64,000 nt of DNA from Marsupella aquatica (lineage: Eukaryota > Plantae > Marchantiophyta). Position 1 is the first letter of the stretch. Every line of letters begins with the position of its first letter. The stretch is taken from assembly GCA_973895155.1 (NCBI GenBank), contig OZ316896.1, forward strand, positions 23,145,722-23,209,721, in the 5' to 3' direction. A program made the position numbers and the translations under genes. This document shows positions 53,308 through 64,000 of this stretch, piece by piece. The notes below the pieces were generated by a model that did not search any database, was not told the DNA's origin, and saw nothing but the letters and a program-made list of their open reading frames with translations.

Positions 53308-54790
53308 ATGACGTCAATTGTAGGAGATTGTGATGACAATGATGGTAAGGCTGCTGTTGCACATTTGGTCGTCATCCCGCTGACTGTCCATTCATTCACA
53401 TGTCATACCACTGCTGAGGCTCGCAATTGAGTTCGCCCGCGAGGGCATCACGATCACTTTCATAAGTTGGGAGCACACATTTGCTCAGCTTTGCACTTCG
53501 GCTGAAGATGGCTTGGATTCGGGATGGCAGAGTCTGGGCGTCCGGCTAGTCGGTTTGCCCCAACGAGAGCCCGACAACGAGCCCCCAGCCCCTAAGGTCC
53601 GTCCAATGGTTTTAGTAAAAGCTTTTAAGCCATTGAGGGAGCAGTGGATTCAGGAGAAGAGCGCCGACATCAAATGACATTTGACGGGTATAGTATTGGA
53701 CATGTTTATTCCCTGGACTCAGGAGTTGGCTGATACATTGGAGATTCCAAGGTATATGTTCTTTCCATCAGGAACAATCTTTGCAAGGGCGTTGCAAGGC
53801 ATTCTAGATTTTCATCAAAGTGGCCAATTCCATTTCTCAAATACCGACGTGGACTCGCAAGTTTGTATCTCTAGTCTCCCTCCTTTGCGCTATTTGAGAT
53901 CCCCAGATCTTTCCGAGAGCATAATGAATACTTGCACATGGAATGTGAATCGGTGGAGCGAGCTGTCTGCTGATAAACTTGTTTCCCACGCTGAAAGAAA
54001 GCATTATTGCCACATGGAGAAAGACCGTGGATCACCGCAAGGTGCCCAAGATTTACCTTGTTGGTCCTCTGTTTCGACGTCGGTCACCGTCCCAAACATG
54101 CAAGACGGTCGAGGCTTAGAGGATCCAGCAAGCATATGCCTTCAATTCCTTGGCTCCTAGGCTCCCTCTTCAGTTCTCTATATTGCTTTCGGAAGCCAGG
54201 TCGGCCTTTGTCCAGAGCAGATAAAGGAACTGGCCTTGGGACTGGAGGACAATGAGCATTCAACATTTCTTGTGGGTCACTCCACCGTCAAAGGGTACAC
54301 CAGGGAAGCAGCCCCCATCACTCAACGAAGTATTTCCAACAGGTTTTGAAGCATGGTTAGAGGAACTTTGCTATATTGTAATTAGGTGGGCACCCCAAGT
54401 GCCAATCCTGGCTCATTCATCTGCTGGTGGCTTCCTCACTCACTGTGCAAGGAACTCCTCTATGGAGAGTATAATGTTGGGCATGCCAATTATTGCATGC
54501 CCACAGGGTGCAAACAAGCATCTCAATTGCTGATATCTGGTCGATGAGCTGAAGGTCACAATAGAACTTCAAATGGGGCCTGATCGCGTTTTCAAATGGA
54601 ACGAGTTGAGAGGGCAGTCCGGCTTTTGATGGTAGAACCGGAAAGGAACGTGATCAGAAGCAGGATGGAAGACCTCCACAGGACGGCTACAACAGTAGTG
54701 GCTGAAGGTGGATCCAAGGCACGGGTTCTCCAGGAATTCTTGGACGATATCCGGAATCGCAACCTGCTCACACAGCCGGGATGCAAGTAG
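53308..54790 (+). pseudogene. UDP-glycosyltransferase pseudogene
   Basis: Colinear with 57021-58592 but with a short insertion near 53390, TGA at 53676, several frameshifts at 53890-54260 and TGA at 54531. Confidence 0.93.
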
Positions 54791-55737
54791 AAGTTAGTCA
54801 GCCCATGTGCAAAGTAAGGTCCAACGGGGAAAATTGATTGCCAGACTCTAAGCATTCTTTGCATCTTAGCAGGTCATTACCATAATTGTAGTGTGAAGGC
54901 GTATGATAGTGGGTACCAAGAGCAATTTGCTAAATGTTCTTCGATGGAATTCAAGGTCACTCTTCGGTAACCTTGTTCTCATTTGATGGCAAGTCTCAAA
55001 TCTCCTTCGACTGAAATTGGATTCAAAGGCATATCTCAGCTTGAGTGGGTAACTACCTAGAATTTTTGGGGCATTTCTTGGTGATGTTTGTGGCAATGAT
55101 GTTTGTGGCAGCCTCCATAGATCCTAAGCAAACTGGCACTGTATTCAAGTACATCGAGGAACTACTCCAAATTGTGCTGAGATCTTCAGCTCAATTCATA
55201 CAGAGACAATATTCATAATCCGGAGTGCTGTTTGCGTTATCTGTAGGAGGGCAGGAAACACACGGCAAATCTAAATCTCCTACGCAGTTCGCTCCCACCT
55301 CCAATTTGAGCGCTGCCATAAATTTCAATCGTGGGAACCAGATCACCCATGTTTGCACCTTGAAAATTGGAAAATCAATTACGACTTTCCAATTGGATGA
55401 TACCATAATTCAAAAGATGATGTTAAGAATGACCGCATGATCGAAAAACATTAAGCTGCATATTAATGAGCTTTAGCTTTGAAGATGGCTGAACTGTTCC
55501 CACAGTTAGCACATTGAACGGAAAGGAAATGGTGAGCTTGAAGACTAGACAAGTCTGTTCTCAGGACTAAAAGCCAGGTAGCGAATGTAAATGCCTCGAT
55601 GTTGAAATAAATGTAAGAAACATGACATGATTTCACAGTATCCACCTCTTTGATGTGAGGTACATGAAATAGGGTCCAAAGCCAAAGTTATGAGTTTCAC
55701 TGGCTGGGAAGCACACTCAGCCAGGAGTGGAAAAAAA

Positions 55738-56020
55738 CCTATGGTTACTTCTTATGGTTACTCTCTCAGGACACAATTTTTCACTCACGATAGCTTCTAT
55801 CCTCCTCAGGGTACTCCCTTCCATTGTCTTCCGCCTCCTCCCTTCTGGCGGTTGGGGTGGAGGGAGGTTGCCCTTCATCTTCACTGGGTGTGCTCCTTTT
55901 ATTGCCCCTTTAATTGCTCTTGTTCTTTCGTGCCTTCTTCTCCCAGGCAGGTATTTGTTCTTTCTCTGGTTCTCCAAGGAATAAAGTTCATTAAAAAAAT
56001 TTAAAAAAAGGAAAGAAAAA
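55738..56020 (+). mobile_element. Retroposed 3' fragment (LINE/SINE tail) with poly(A) and ~54-bp flanking duplication
   Basis: Pyrimidine-rich body, AATAAA plus A-rich tail at 55980-56022; direct repeats 55684-55737 and 56021-56073; absent from the paralogous segment (~59390-59445). Confidence 0.75.
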
Positions 56021-57020
56021 AAAGTTATGAACTTCACCTGCTGGGAACCAGACTCAGCCAGGAGTGGAAAAAATAGCACATCCCAATTGTACATCTAGCC
56101 TGGTTTCAATAGCTGCTAACAGAATGCTCTGATTACTCCCTCATAGTTGGAACAAATGGAAATCAGACGTTGCCTTCAGTCGTCCCTCTATAACTGCAAA
56201 CCCTCGGTTAAGTCTCACAAGTTCTGCACTTGTGGAGTACTTGCAAGTGTCGAGAAGTACAAATCACGTGTCAATTGTACTAATCAATATCAGGAATGTG
56301 CTATAGCGTCTCCTCTCCTCTCCTCTCCTTTCCTCACTCTGTGAGCTATGGGAGCTCTCGTTTGAGTCTCGCTATGCGAGCTCTCGTTTGAGTCTCGCCA
56401 ATTCGCTCGCAGCTACAGACGTTGGTAGAATCATGTTGGTAAAGCTTCGCGCACAGCAATCTCAGCTCTATCCACTCACAGAACTCTGTCTCGCTCGCTC
56501 GTTTGCTCGTTCAATTGGTTTGCAACTAGGTCGAAAGCATTGTCTCAAGCTCCTTCCCGCAGAGAAATCTGTGTCTTGGTTCCGTTGTTCGCTGCTGCAT
56601 TTGTGGTTTACGCATTTTGTGAAGGTTCTGTAGAGAAATCTTAGCTTTTACAAACTCTGCTCTGTGTCTGTGCACGGCCTTTTTCGAGCGTTCAGTGTGA
56701 TCTTTGACTTTCACTTGACGTACTAAGATTTCTGCAATCATCGCTCCTGCAGTTCAGTTGAACGTGTCTGCTGCACTCAATCGGGACTGCTGGTTATCAT
56801 GGTCTAACGAGCAACCGAAGAAAAATTAAGAATCTCGCCCGGTTTCTTCCCCTGTCCCGTGCCATTTCTCCTGCAGACGGACAACAATTTTGTTAGGGGG
56901 AGCTCTCACTTGCTCGGGAATTCCCCTTCCGTGTTAGGTTTGCTCTAAGCCCAAATTCGTCTTAGCAGTGTTACAAAAGGAAGAGAAAAGGCTCGTATTC
57001 CTCGTAGATCTGCAGCGGCG

Positions 57021-58592
57021 ATGGCGTCAATTGTAGGAGGTTGTGATGACAATGATGGTAAGGCTGCTGCTGCACATTTGGTGGTCATCCCGCTGGGCAT
57101 TCATTCACATGTCATACCACTGCTGAGGCTCGTGACTGAGTTCGCCCGCGACGGCATCACCATCACTTTCGTAAGTTGGGAGCACATAATTGCTCAGATT
57201 CGCACTTCGGCTGAACATGGCTCGGATTCAGAATGGCAGAGTCTGGGTGTTCGGCTAGTCGGTTTGCCCCAACGAGAGCCCGACGACGACGCCCCAGCCC
57301 CAAAGGTCCCTCCAGTGGTCTTAGCAAAAGCTTTTAAGTCATTGAGGGAGCAGTGGATTCAGGAGAAGAGTGCCGGCATCAGAGGACGTCCGACTGGTAT
57401 AGTATCGGACATGTTTCTCCCCTGGACTCAGGAGTTGGCTGATACATTGGAGATTCCAAGGTATATGTTCTTTCCGTCAGGAACAATCTTTGCAAGGGCG
57501 CTGCAAGGCATTCTAGACTGTCATCAAAGTGGCCAATTCCATTTTTCAAATACCGACATGGACTCGAAAGTTTGTATTTCTGGTCTCCCTCCTTTGCGTT
57601 ACTTCGAGCTGCCCGGATCTTTCCGAGAGCATACTGGATTCTTGCAGATGAAATGTGAATCGGTGGAGCGAGCAGCAGGTCTGCTGATAAACTCCTTTCC
57701 AGCGCTGGAAGAAAGCGTTATTGACACATGGAGAAAGACCGTGGATCACCGTAAGGTGCCCAAGATTTACCTTGTTGGTCCTCTGTTTTCAAATTCGGTC
57801 ATCGTCCCAAACATGCGAGACGGTCCAGGCTCAGAGAATCTGTTTCCTGTCCCAAACGTGCGAGACAGTCGAGGCTCAGAGAATCTGTTTCCTGTCCCAA
57901 ACGTGCGAGACGGTCGAGGCTCAGAGGATCCAGCAAGCTTATGCCTTCAATTCCTTGGCTCCCAGGCTCCCTCTTCGGTTCTCTATATTGCTTTTGGAAG
58001 CCAGGTCAGTCTTCGTCCAGAGCAGATACAGGAACTGGCCCTGGGACTGGAGGACAGTGAGCAGCATTTCTTGTGGGTCATTCCATGGTCAAAGGGTACA
58101 CCAAGGAAGCAGCCCCCGTCACTCAGCGAAGTACTTCCAACAGGTTTTGAAGCACGGTTAGGGGAACGTTGCTGTATTGTAACTGGGTGGGCACCCCAAG
58201 TGCAAATCCTGGCTCATTCATCTACTGGTGGCTTTCTCACTCACTGTGGATGGAATTCCTCTCTGGAGAGTATAATGTTGAGTGTGCCAATGATTGCATT
58301 CCCACAGGGTGCAGACCAGCATCTCAATTGCAGATATCTGGTCGATGAGCTGAAGGTCGCAATAGAACTTCAAACGGGGCCTGACCGCGTTTTCAAACGG
58401 AACGAGGTTGAGAGGGCGGTCCGGCTTTTGATGGTAGAACCGGAAAGGAACGCGATCAGAAGCAGAGTGGAAGACCTCCACAGGACGGCTACAGCAGCAG
58501 TGGCTGAAGGTGGATCCAAGGCACGGGTTCTCCAGGAATTCTTGGACGATATCCGGAATCACAACCTGCTCACACAGCCGGGAAGCAAGTAG
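57021..58592 (+). CDS. Family-1 UDP-glycosyltransferase (UGT), intronless CDS, 523 aa
   Basis: HLVVIP...SHVIP (catalytic His), IVSDMF, INSF, VGPL, SVLYIAFGS, PSPG box WAPQVQILAHSSTGGFLTHCGWNSSLESIMLSVPMIAFPQGADQ, EGGS. Confidence 0.97.
   Translation: MASIVGGCDDNDGKAAAAHLVVIPLGIHSHVIPLLRLVTEFARDGITITFVSWEHIIAQIRTSAEHGSDSEWQSLGVRLVGLPQREPDDDAPAPKVPPVVLAKAFKSLREQWIQEKSAGIRGRPTGIVSDMFLPWTQELADTLEIPRYMFFPSGTIFARALQGILDCHQSGQFHFSNTDMDSKVCISGLPPLRYFELPGSFREHTGFLQMKCESVERAAGLLINSFPALEESVIDTWRKTVDHRKVPKIYLVGPLFSNSVIVPNMRDGPGSENLFPVPNVRDSRGSENLFPVPNVRDGRGSEDPASLCLQFLGSQAPSSVLYIAFGSQVSLRPEQIQELALGLEDSEQHFLWVIPWSKGTPRKQPPSLSEVLPTGFEARLGERCCIVTGWAPQVQILAHSSTGGFLTHCGWNSSLESIMLSVPMIAFPQGADQHLNCRYLVDELKVAIELQTGPDRVFKRNEVERAVRLLMVEPERNAIRSRVEDLHRTATAAVAEGGSKARVLQEFLDDIRNHNLLTQPGSK
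57804..57926 (+). repeat. In-frame 45-bp tandem repeat (~2.7 units) in the UGT
   Basis: Units start at 57804, 57849 and 57894, encoding VPN(M/V)RD.(P/R)GSENLFP. Confidence 0.92.
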
Positions 58593-60687
58593 AAGTTAAT
58601 CAGCCCATGTGCAAAGTAAGGTCCAACGGGGAAAATTGATTGCCAGCTCTGAGCATTCATTGCATCTTAGCAGGTCATTACAATTTGCTAAACGTTCTTC
58701 GATGCAATTCAAGGTCTCCGGTAACCTTGTTCTCAACTGATGGCGAGTCTCAAATCTCCTTCGACTGAGATTGGATTCAAAGGCATATCTCAGCTAGAGT
58801 GGGTAACGAACTAGAATTTTTGGGGCATTTCTTGGTGATGTTTGTGGCAGTCCAAACATCCTAAGCGACTGGCACTGTATTCAAGTACATTCAGAAACTA
58901 CTCCAAATTGTGCTGCAATGAGTTCTTCAGCTCAATTCATAGGGAGACAATATTCATAATCAGGAGTCCTGTTCGCGTTATCTGTAGGAGGGCGCGGCAG
59001 TCTAAATTTCCTACGCAGTTCGCTCACACCTCCAATTTGAGCGCAGCCATTAATTTCAATCATGGGAACCAGATCACCCATGTTTGCAACTTGAAAATTG
59101 GAAAATCAATTATGACGTTCCAATCAGATGATACCATAATTCAAAAGATGATCCTGAGAACAACTGCACGATAGAAAAACATTAAGCTGCAAATTAATGA
59201 GCTTTAGTTTTGACCTGTTCCGGCTAGCACATTGAACGGAAAGGAAATGGTGAGCTTGAAGACTAGACAAGTCTGTTCTCAGGACTAAAAGCCAGGTAGA
59301 GAATATAATGCCTCGGTGTTGAAATATGTAAGAAACATGACATGATTTCACAGTATCCCACCGCTTTGATATGAGGTACATGAAATAGCGGAAGTTCAGA
59401 ACTTCACTGGCTGGAAAGCAGACTCAGCCAGGAGTGGAAAACAGAGCACATCCCAATTGTACATCTAGCCTGGTTCAAATAGCTGCTTACAGAATGCTCT
59501 GATTACTCCCTCATAGTTGGAACCCACCCATGGAGATTTGAGCTAGAATACCGCAGAGAAAATGAACGAGCAAGTAATGTCACACTTCAAATAAATATCC
59601 AGAATCCGTAAGACTACAACTCTAGCGAGACCCAACATGCCAGCCAGACTGGGAGCCAATGCTGCAAGCTTACTGTGATGATCAGCACGACGGCGGAAGT
59701 TTCGGAATTGTCAGACCTGTCTCGTGAACCCTCATGATTCATGGACGTTGGGTGGGGGCGGTTATCGGCTGAGAAGGCCGGCGAGGTCAGAAGCATCTCC
59801 GGACATTGACAGAACAACACATTGGCTAGTAGTTTACTGACTACAAACAAGCCAAACAGAATGGCACGAAATGCTGCTGAGTTGACAATCAGCCTGAACG
59901 CCGGCTCCCACAGAATGGAACCAGTTCTATCTCCTCCTCATTGAGACAGATTTGTGAGTTCAAACTTAACTCGCACCAACCACCCAACCCAAAGAAGGCT
60001 GGAACAGAGAGGATTCTAAACAAGGCACGCCCATCAACCCATAGAAATGCAAGAGCCGCTTTACTGTCCACCGGATATTCCAATGTTCATGAAATTTGAG
60101 TGCAAGTCTTCGAGGTTGCTGAATTCAATTCTTCCTCGCATTGTCTCTTGTCTGCCAATTCCCCAACTCTTGGAGCGTGGATAAGAGGAACTCATTAACC
60201 ATTCATGTATTGACCATCACAGATTGCAATTGATCGACCATGGATGAAATACCTGTGACCAAAAAATTCATTCCAGTTTTACATACTGAGAACAGTGTCT
60301 TCTCAATACCGAGCTGATTTCAATGGACATCAGCATATTACGAACAGTTGCAAGAGGTGACTAGCATTTTTCTCAACAACAGCATCTTCATAGAGATCGG
60401 TAGACCTATAATCCTCACGGCATAATTCTGCGCTTCTAAGCACAGATATCAACGCAGTTGAGAAAATTTCATAAAGAAAACAGCAATTGCTAGACTTCAG
60501 CCTCCACCTGCCATTATAACATTCCGTCATGGCAGGGAAAATTGTGACTGATTAGCAACTCAGGGCAGCCCATACTAAATCCATAATTTCTTCCTATCAT
60601 AAATTGGATCCTTGGAATGACCAATTTCCCAATCCAATAGTGGCTGGCCGTCCTGGTGACAACGTTCTCGATCTATGACTAAAATCC

Positions 60688-61116
60688 TCAAGACTCTCTT
60701 TGGACTGCAAGCTCTGATTCTTCCTCTTCCTCTTCCTCTTCCCCCTCTTCCTCGTCCCACTCCTCGTACTCCTCACCGTCGTCTTCGTCGTCCACTTCTC
60801 TGGCAGGTCGGTACTCTTCAGGGGGTACTGAGTCTGCAGTAATGGCAGCTTTCTCTGACATGACCATGTGCCTGATGACCCTTTCATCTTTCTCAAGCAG
60901 GACATTGAGAGCATTTACAGCTTGGGAGTCAATTTCGATGTTCATAAGCACATAGTTAGCCTTCTTGGCTTTCTTAATGTCGTATGCCAGACTCCGCATG
61001 CCCCAGTCATTTAGTCTATAGATTTTACCTTTGTTATCGGTGATAAAATCTGCAGCAAATTGCCCATTTCGTCAGTTAAGCAATTTTCCCAAAACAAATA
61101 TTAGGAATCTACACTG

Positions 61117-61159
<43 letters not shown>

Positions 61160-62442
61160 AGACTAAACCCTAAACCCTGTGCATCCAGAATATAAAATCG
61201 TTACTTAAGATTCAAAACATTTAGAGATAAACTAGGTGTGGAATGTTGTCTAACACACACCTTGAACCTTCTTTATCACATCTTGGACTTCATCCGCGTT
61301 CTTCTCGTGGATTAAGTACATGATTTCATAATGCCTGACTAGGGCCCACCAAGAAACAACCCAGTGTTGGGTATCAGTTAATAATTCTCGACACCTAAAT
61401 ATGGACGCTAAGATCTTTCAGCCTAAAGTAGCAGTCATTCAAATTCTACTGATAAATATTGATGCCATGAAAACATAAACCTTGTGTACAGAAAGTTAGC
61501 CAATGCACTCTTTAGATACAGTCGCTAAATCATCAAAAGAGTGTTCTTACATGTTTCATAATCCAAACTGCTCTCCAGCTCCATATCCAGGAATTGATGC
61601 AGCTCATCTGCGCTCAAAAACTTCAGAGGATTAGGCAGGAAAGCAGACAGAATTTGTGCTTTGGTTCTAGAATACCTGTCGAAATTTGACCTATCCAAAA
61701 TAATACGGGAAAATTAGGGGAGTCGGACAAACAAATTCTGCTTCAAGCTCCATGGTCGAATCCTAGACTAACCTTTATCAAGCTCATCGAAATCTGGCAG
61801 AAATTCTTCAATACTTTGCAGATCCTTCGCCAGCTGCGCTTCGGGGTCATCTTTGGCCATTCTGGAAACCTGCGGGCCAAAAAACTCCACAAAGCTTATG
61901 GTCCGCCCGGCTTAAAATACGAACAATCGGCTCACCGTACAAGACCTCAAATTTCAAACAAGGGGATGACACATAAACGGTGCTGCACTAAGAGTGATTG
62001 GGCTCAAAAGCATCTCATTGCATGATAATCAATCAATCAATTCTTCACTCATTCATTTCTACGAACGCTCCGAAGCAGCTAGACGATGACATCGGAGCAC
62101 CATGCTAGTTCAGAACAGCACCAAATTCCTGCGCGCAAAGCTCGTCCATGGTCGTGATGGCTGTCCTCTACTGAACAGGCGGAGGAGGGTTGGCGCTGCC
62201 ACACTGCTGCTAATGCCAGAGGAGGAAGCCCCACCGTCTCGACCCGACGAAGACAGTCCACGAGCACCAGACTCCGAAGAAGGGACTCTGCAAGAGAAAT
62301 CCCACGATGCGCGACGACGCACAGCAATTCCTCTGCTTCCGTGCTCCTGCTCGATTGCGTGTCTGGGGGCAAAGAGTGTTGCTGCTAATGGGCGCAGAGA
62401 GGAGGGCATGGGCGTGGCCATGAGTGCGGCGGCCATACCCAT
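60688..62442 (-). CDS. RFC3: Plastid ribosomal protein bS6-domain protein, RFC3-like; exons 62442-62122, 61869-61773, 61607-61551, 61338-61261, 61049-60688
   Basis: Spliced product FLPDFDELDKDELHQFLDMELESSL...RHYEIMYLIHEK...DWGMRSLAYDIKKAKKANYVLMNIEID...LEKDERVIRHMVM..AITADSVPPEEY plus acidic tail, as recalled for Arabidopsis RFC3; Ser/Arg/Ala-rich transit-peptide-like exon 1 (weak donor TTG|GTGCTG, least certain junction). Confidence 0.88.
61119..61177. repeat. (CT)n microsatellite followed by TAAACCCTAAACCC telomere-like motif in an RFC3 intron
   Basis: About 18 CT units, then two plant telomere-type units. Confidence 0.85.
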
Positions 62443-64000
62443 TGTTGCTAAACCCCGCTACGACGCAATTCTCGGCCTCCTTTCCTCCCTTCCCCTTCCA
62501 CCTCGATGGCTCCAAACGGATACACAGAAGAGGCTACACAATCAAAGGTGTACAACAGTGAGAGGCAAATTTGGAGACGAAAGAAATGGTGGGCTCTGGG
62601 CCTTCCCCTCCCCGAAAGCCACGAAAAGGTGGAGACGAAGAAAATGAACATGAGCTACTGAGAAAAAAACTGTTTAGCTACAGAACACTCCGAATGGAAA
62701 GGAGAGCATCTGGCGAGACGCACCTCGCTGCCCTAATGACTCAAGCAAACGACATTGCCTTCCGCTCTAGGACAGCTTTGGATAGCTGAAATGCGGAGAC
62801 AGCACCCTCGATTGCTCGCTGATTGTAAAAGAGCGGCTGCTGCAATCGATCAGATTGCCTTCGAATTCGTTGCCACTCATCAGCGGAGTCGACTCAAAAA
62901 AGTGGACGGAAACATTCTTCTCAGTGAACTGAAATTAGCAAACAACGAAATGCGCCTGACAATGAAGAGTGCAAGGAAATCATAGCATTTCCAAATGGGA
63001 TGGTAGTCAAGAGAAAATTGGTTTGCTGGACAGCTTACTCCACACCCTTTCTATCTAGCTAAATTGAGTCTTGAGACCACTGAGGGTTTATGGAGAAATC
63101 GAGCTCAAAAAATGATCATCCATAGTCACCAGTTACATTTAGATCATTTCACACTATTTTTTTCCTCCTCTAAACAACCAAATGAATTCCATTCAAATAA
63201 TAGCAACATACAAAACAGGGGACCAAAAGAGGGACACCATCCCACAAGACCAAAGGTCCACGTGCTAAGAAGGGAAACCGGCACCAGGGAAGAGACTGAG
63301 CCTCAGAAGGACGCAACTAAACAAGCAGTTTCATTTCATTTTTAATCTTTAGCAGGAAACATGTTGTCCCATAAAATGTTAGGCTTTGGACAAGTTCTGT
63401 CCCGGTTGTGGAAGTCCATCCAAGCATATCAGCACACCTTCAAAACCTGTCAGACAACGGTTTAGTCAAAAGAAGAAAAATGGAAGTGACGAAAAATGAT
63501 GATTAACTTCCATTAGTGAAACATTCAAGGGACCTTGCACTTCCTTAGCTTTGAGCAGCAGGTAGTGAAGAGTTGGAGGAGTTGGGGGTGAGACTTCCCA
63601 CTTGGCAAGGCAAGAGGAGTGCTTCTTGTTAGGGTTAACTCTTAGTCTTTGGTTAATCACAGTTAATATAACCATAGTTAGGACCTTAACCTTGGTTAGA
63701 CTTGCCTAGTATATAGAGGAGCTAGAGACAGCTCCTTGGTAAGACTCTTGTTGTAGGAGAGTAAGCTAGGAGCTAGAAGAAGGATAGGAGCTTGTACTTG
63801 GAGGCTTGTGTTGTGTAAAACCGGCAAGACCACAAACATGAGAGAAACCAGCAAGCACATATGCCGACATGAGAGATACGCAGTTCACCTTAGTTGGCCA
63901 AGGTTGCATCCACTAAATGCAAGACCCTTGCTAAGCTTTGGTCACCATGGCCACCCCAAGCCTCCTTGTACAAGCTCTCAAAATGATAAGTGTCACTCCT

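Larger units (their letters stand above)
53231..59523 (+). repeat. Tandem segmental duplication of the UGT locus (53231-56153 and 56947-59523)
   Basis: Both copies begin AAGCCCAAATTCGTCTTAGCAGTG and end CCCTCATAGTTGGAAC; colinear throughout. Confidence 0.95.

Noticed and set aside
61164-61177. Functional telo-box or interstitial telomere
   Set aside because: Only two units, deep in the last intron next to a microsatellite; no support for function.
63380-64000. LINE remnant at the window end
   Set aside because: Composition is suggestive but no diagnostic RT or endonuclease motif could be read.

Overview
Eukaryotic nuclear DNA, most likely from a land plant (spliced genes, plant-specific families); a non-seed lineage is plausible but only inferred. 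Genes: a BTB/POZ-NPH3 (NRL) gene (minus strand, ~9.7-12.4 kb), a tandem-duplicated UDP-glycosyltransferase pair (pseudogene 53.3-54.8 kb, intact copy 57.0-58.6 kb) and an RFC3-like plastid ribosomal-protein-S6-domain gene (minus strand, 60.7-62.4 kb). An unresolved fragmentary gene at 38-41.6 kb has a 5' end that copies the RFC3 first exon. The rest is rich in transposons and tandem repeats: a 5'-truncated CRE-like non-LTR element, a tRNA-derived SINE, a CACTG element, G-skewed TIR elements and several MITEs. The most unusual signal is a family of TIR elements with ATT...AAT ends and 8-bp TSDs. Its two short members (679-1059, 1551-1894) each carry what looks like a complete tRNA-like Pol III unit with identical TATA/A-box/B-box spacing. 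Its long member (44017-47903) carries a truncated ORF reminiscent of transposon-borne TET/JBP dioxygenases. All calls are by eye; no database searches were run.
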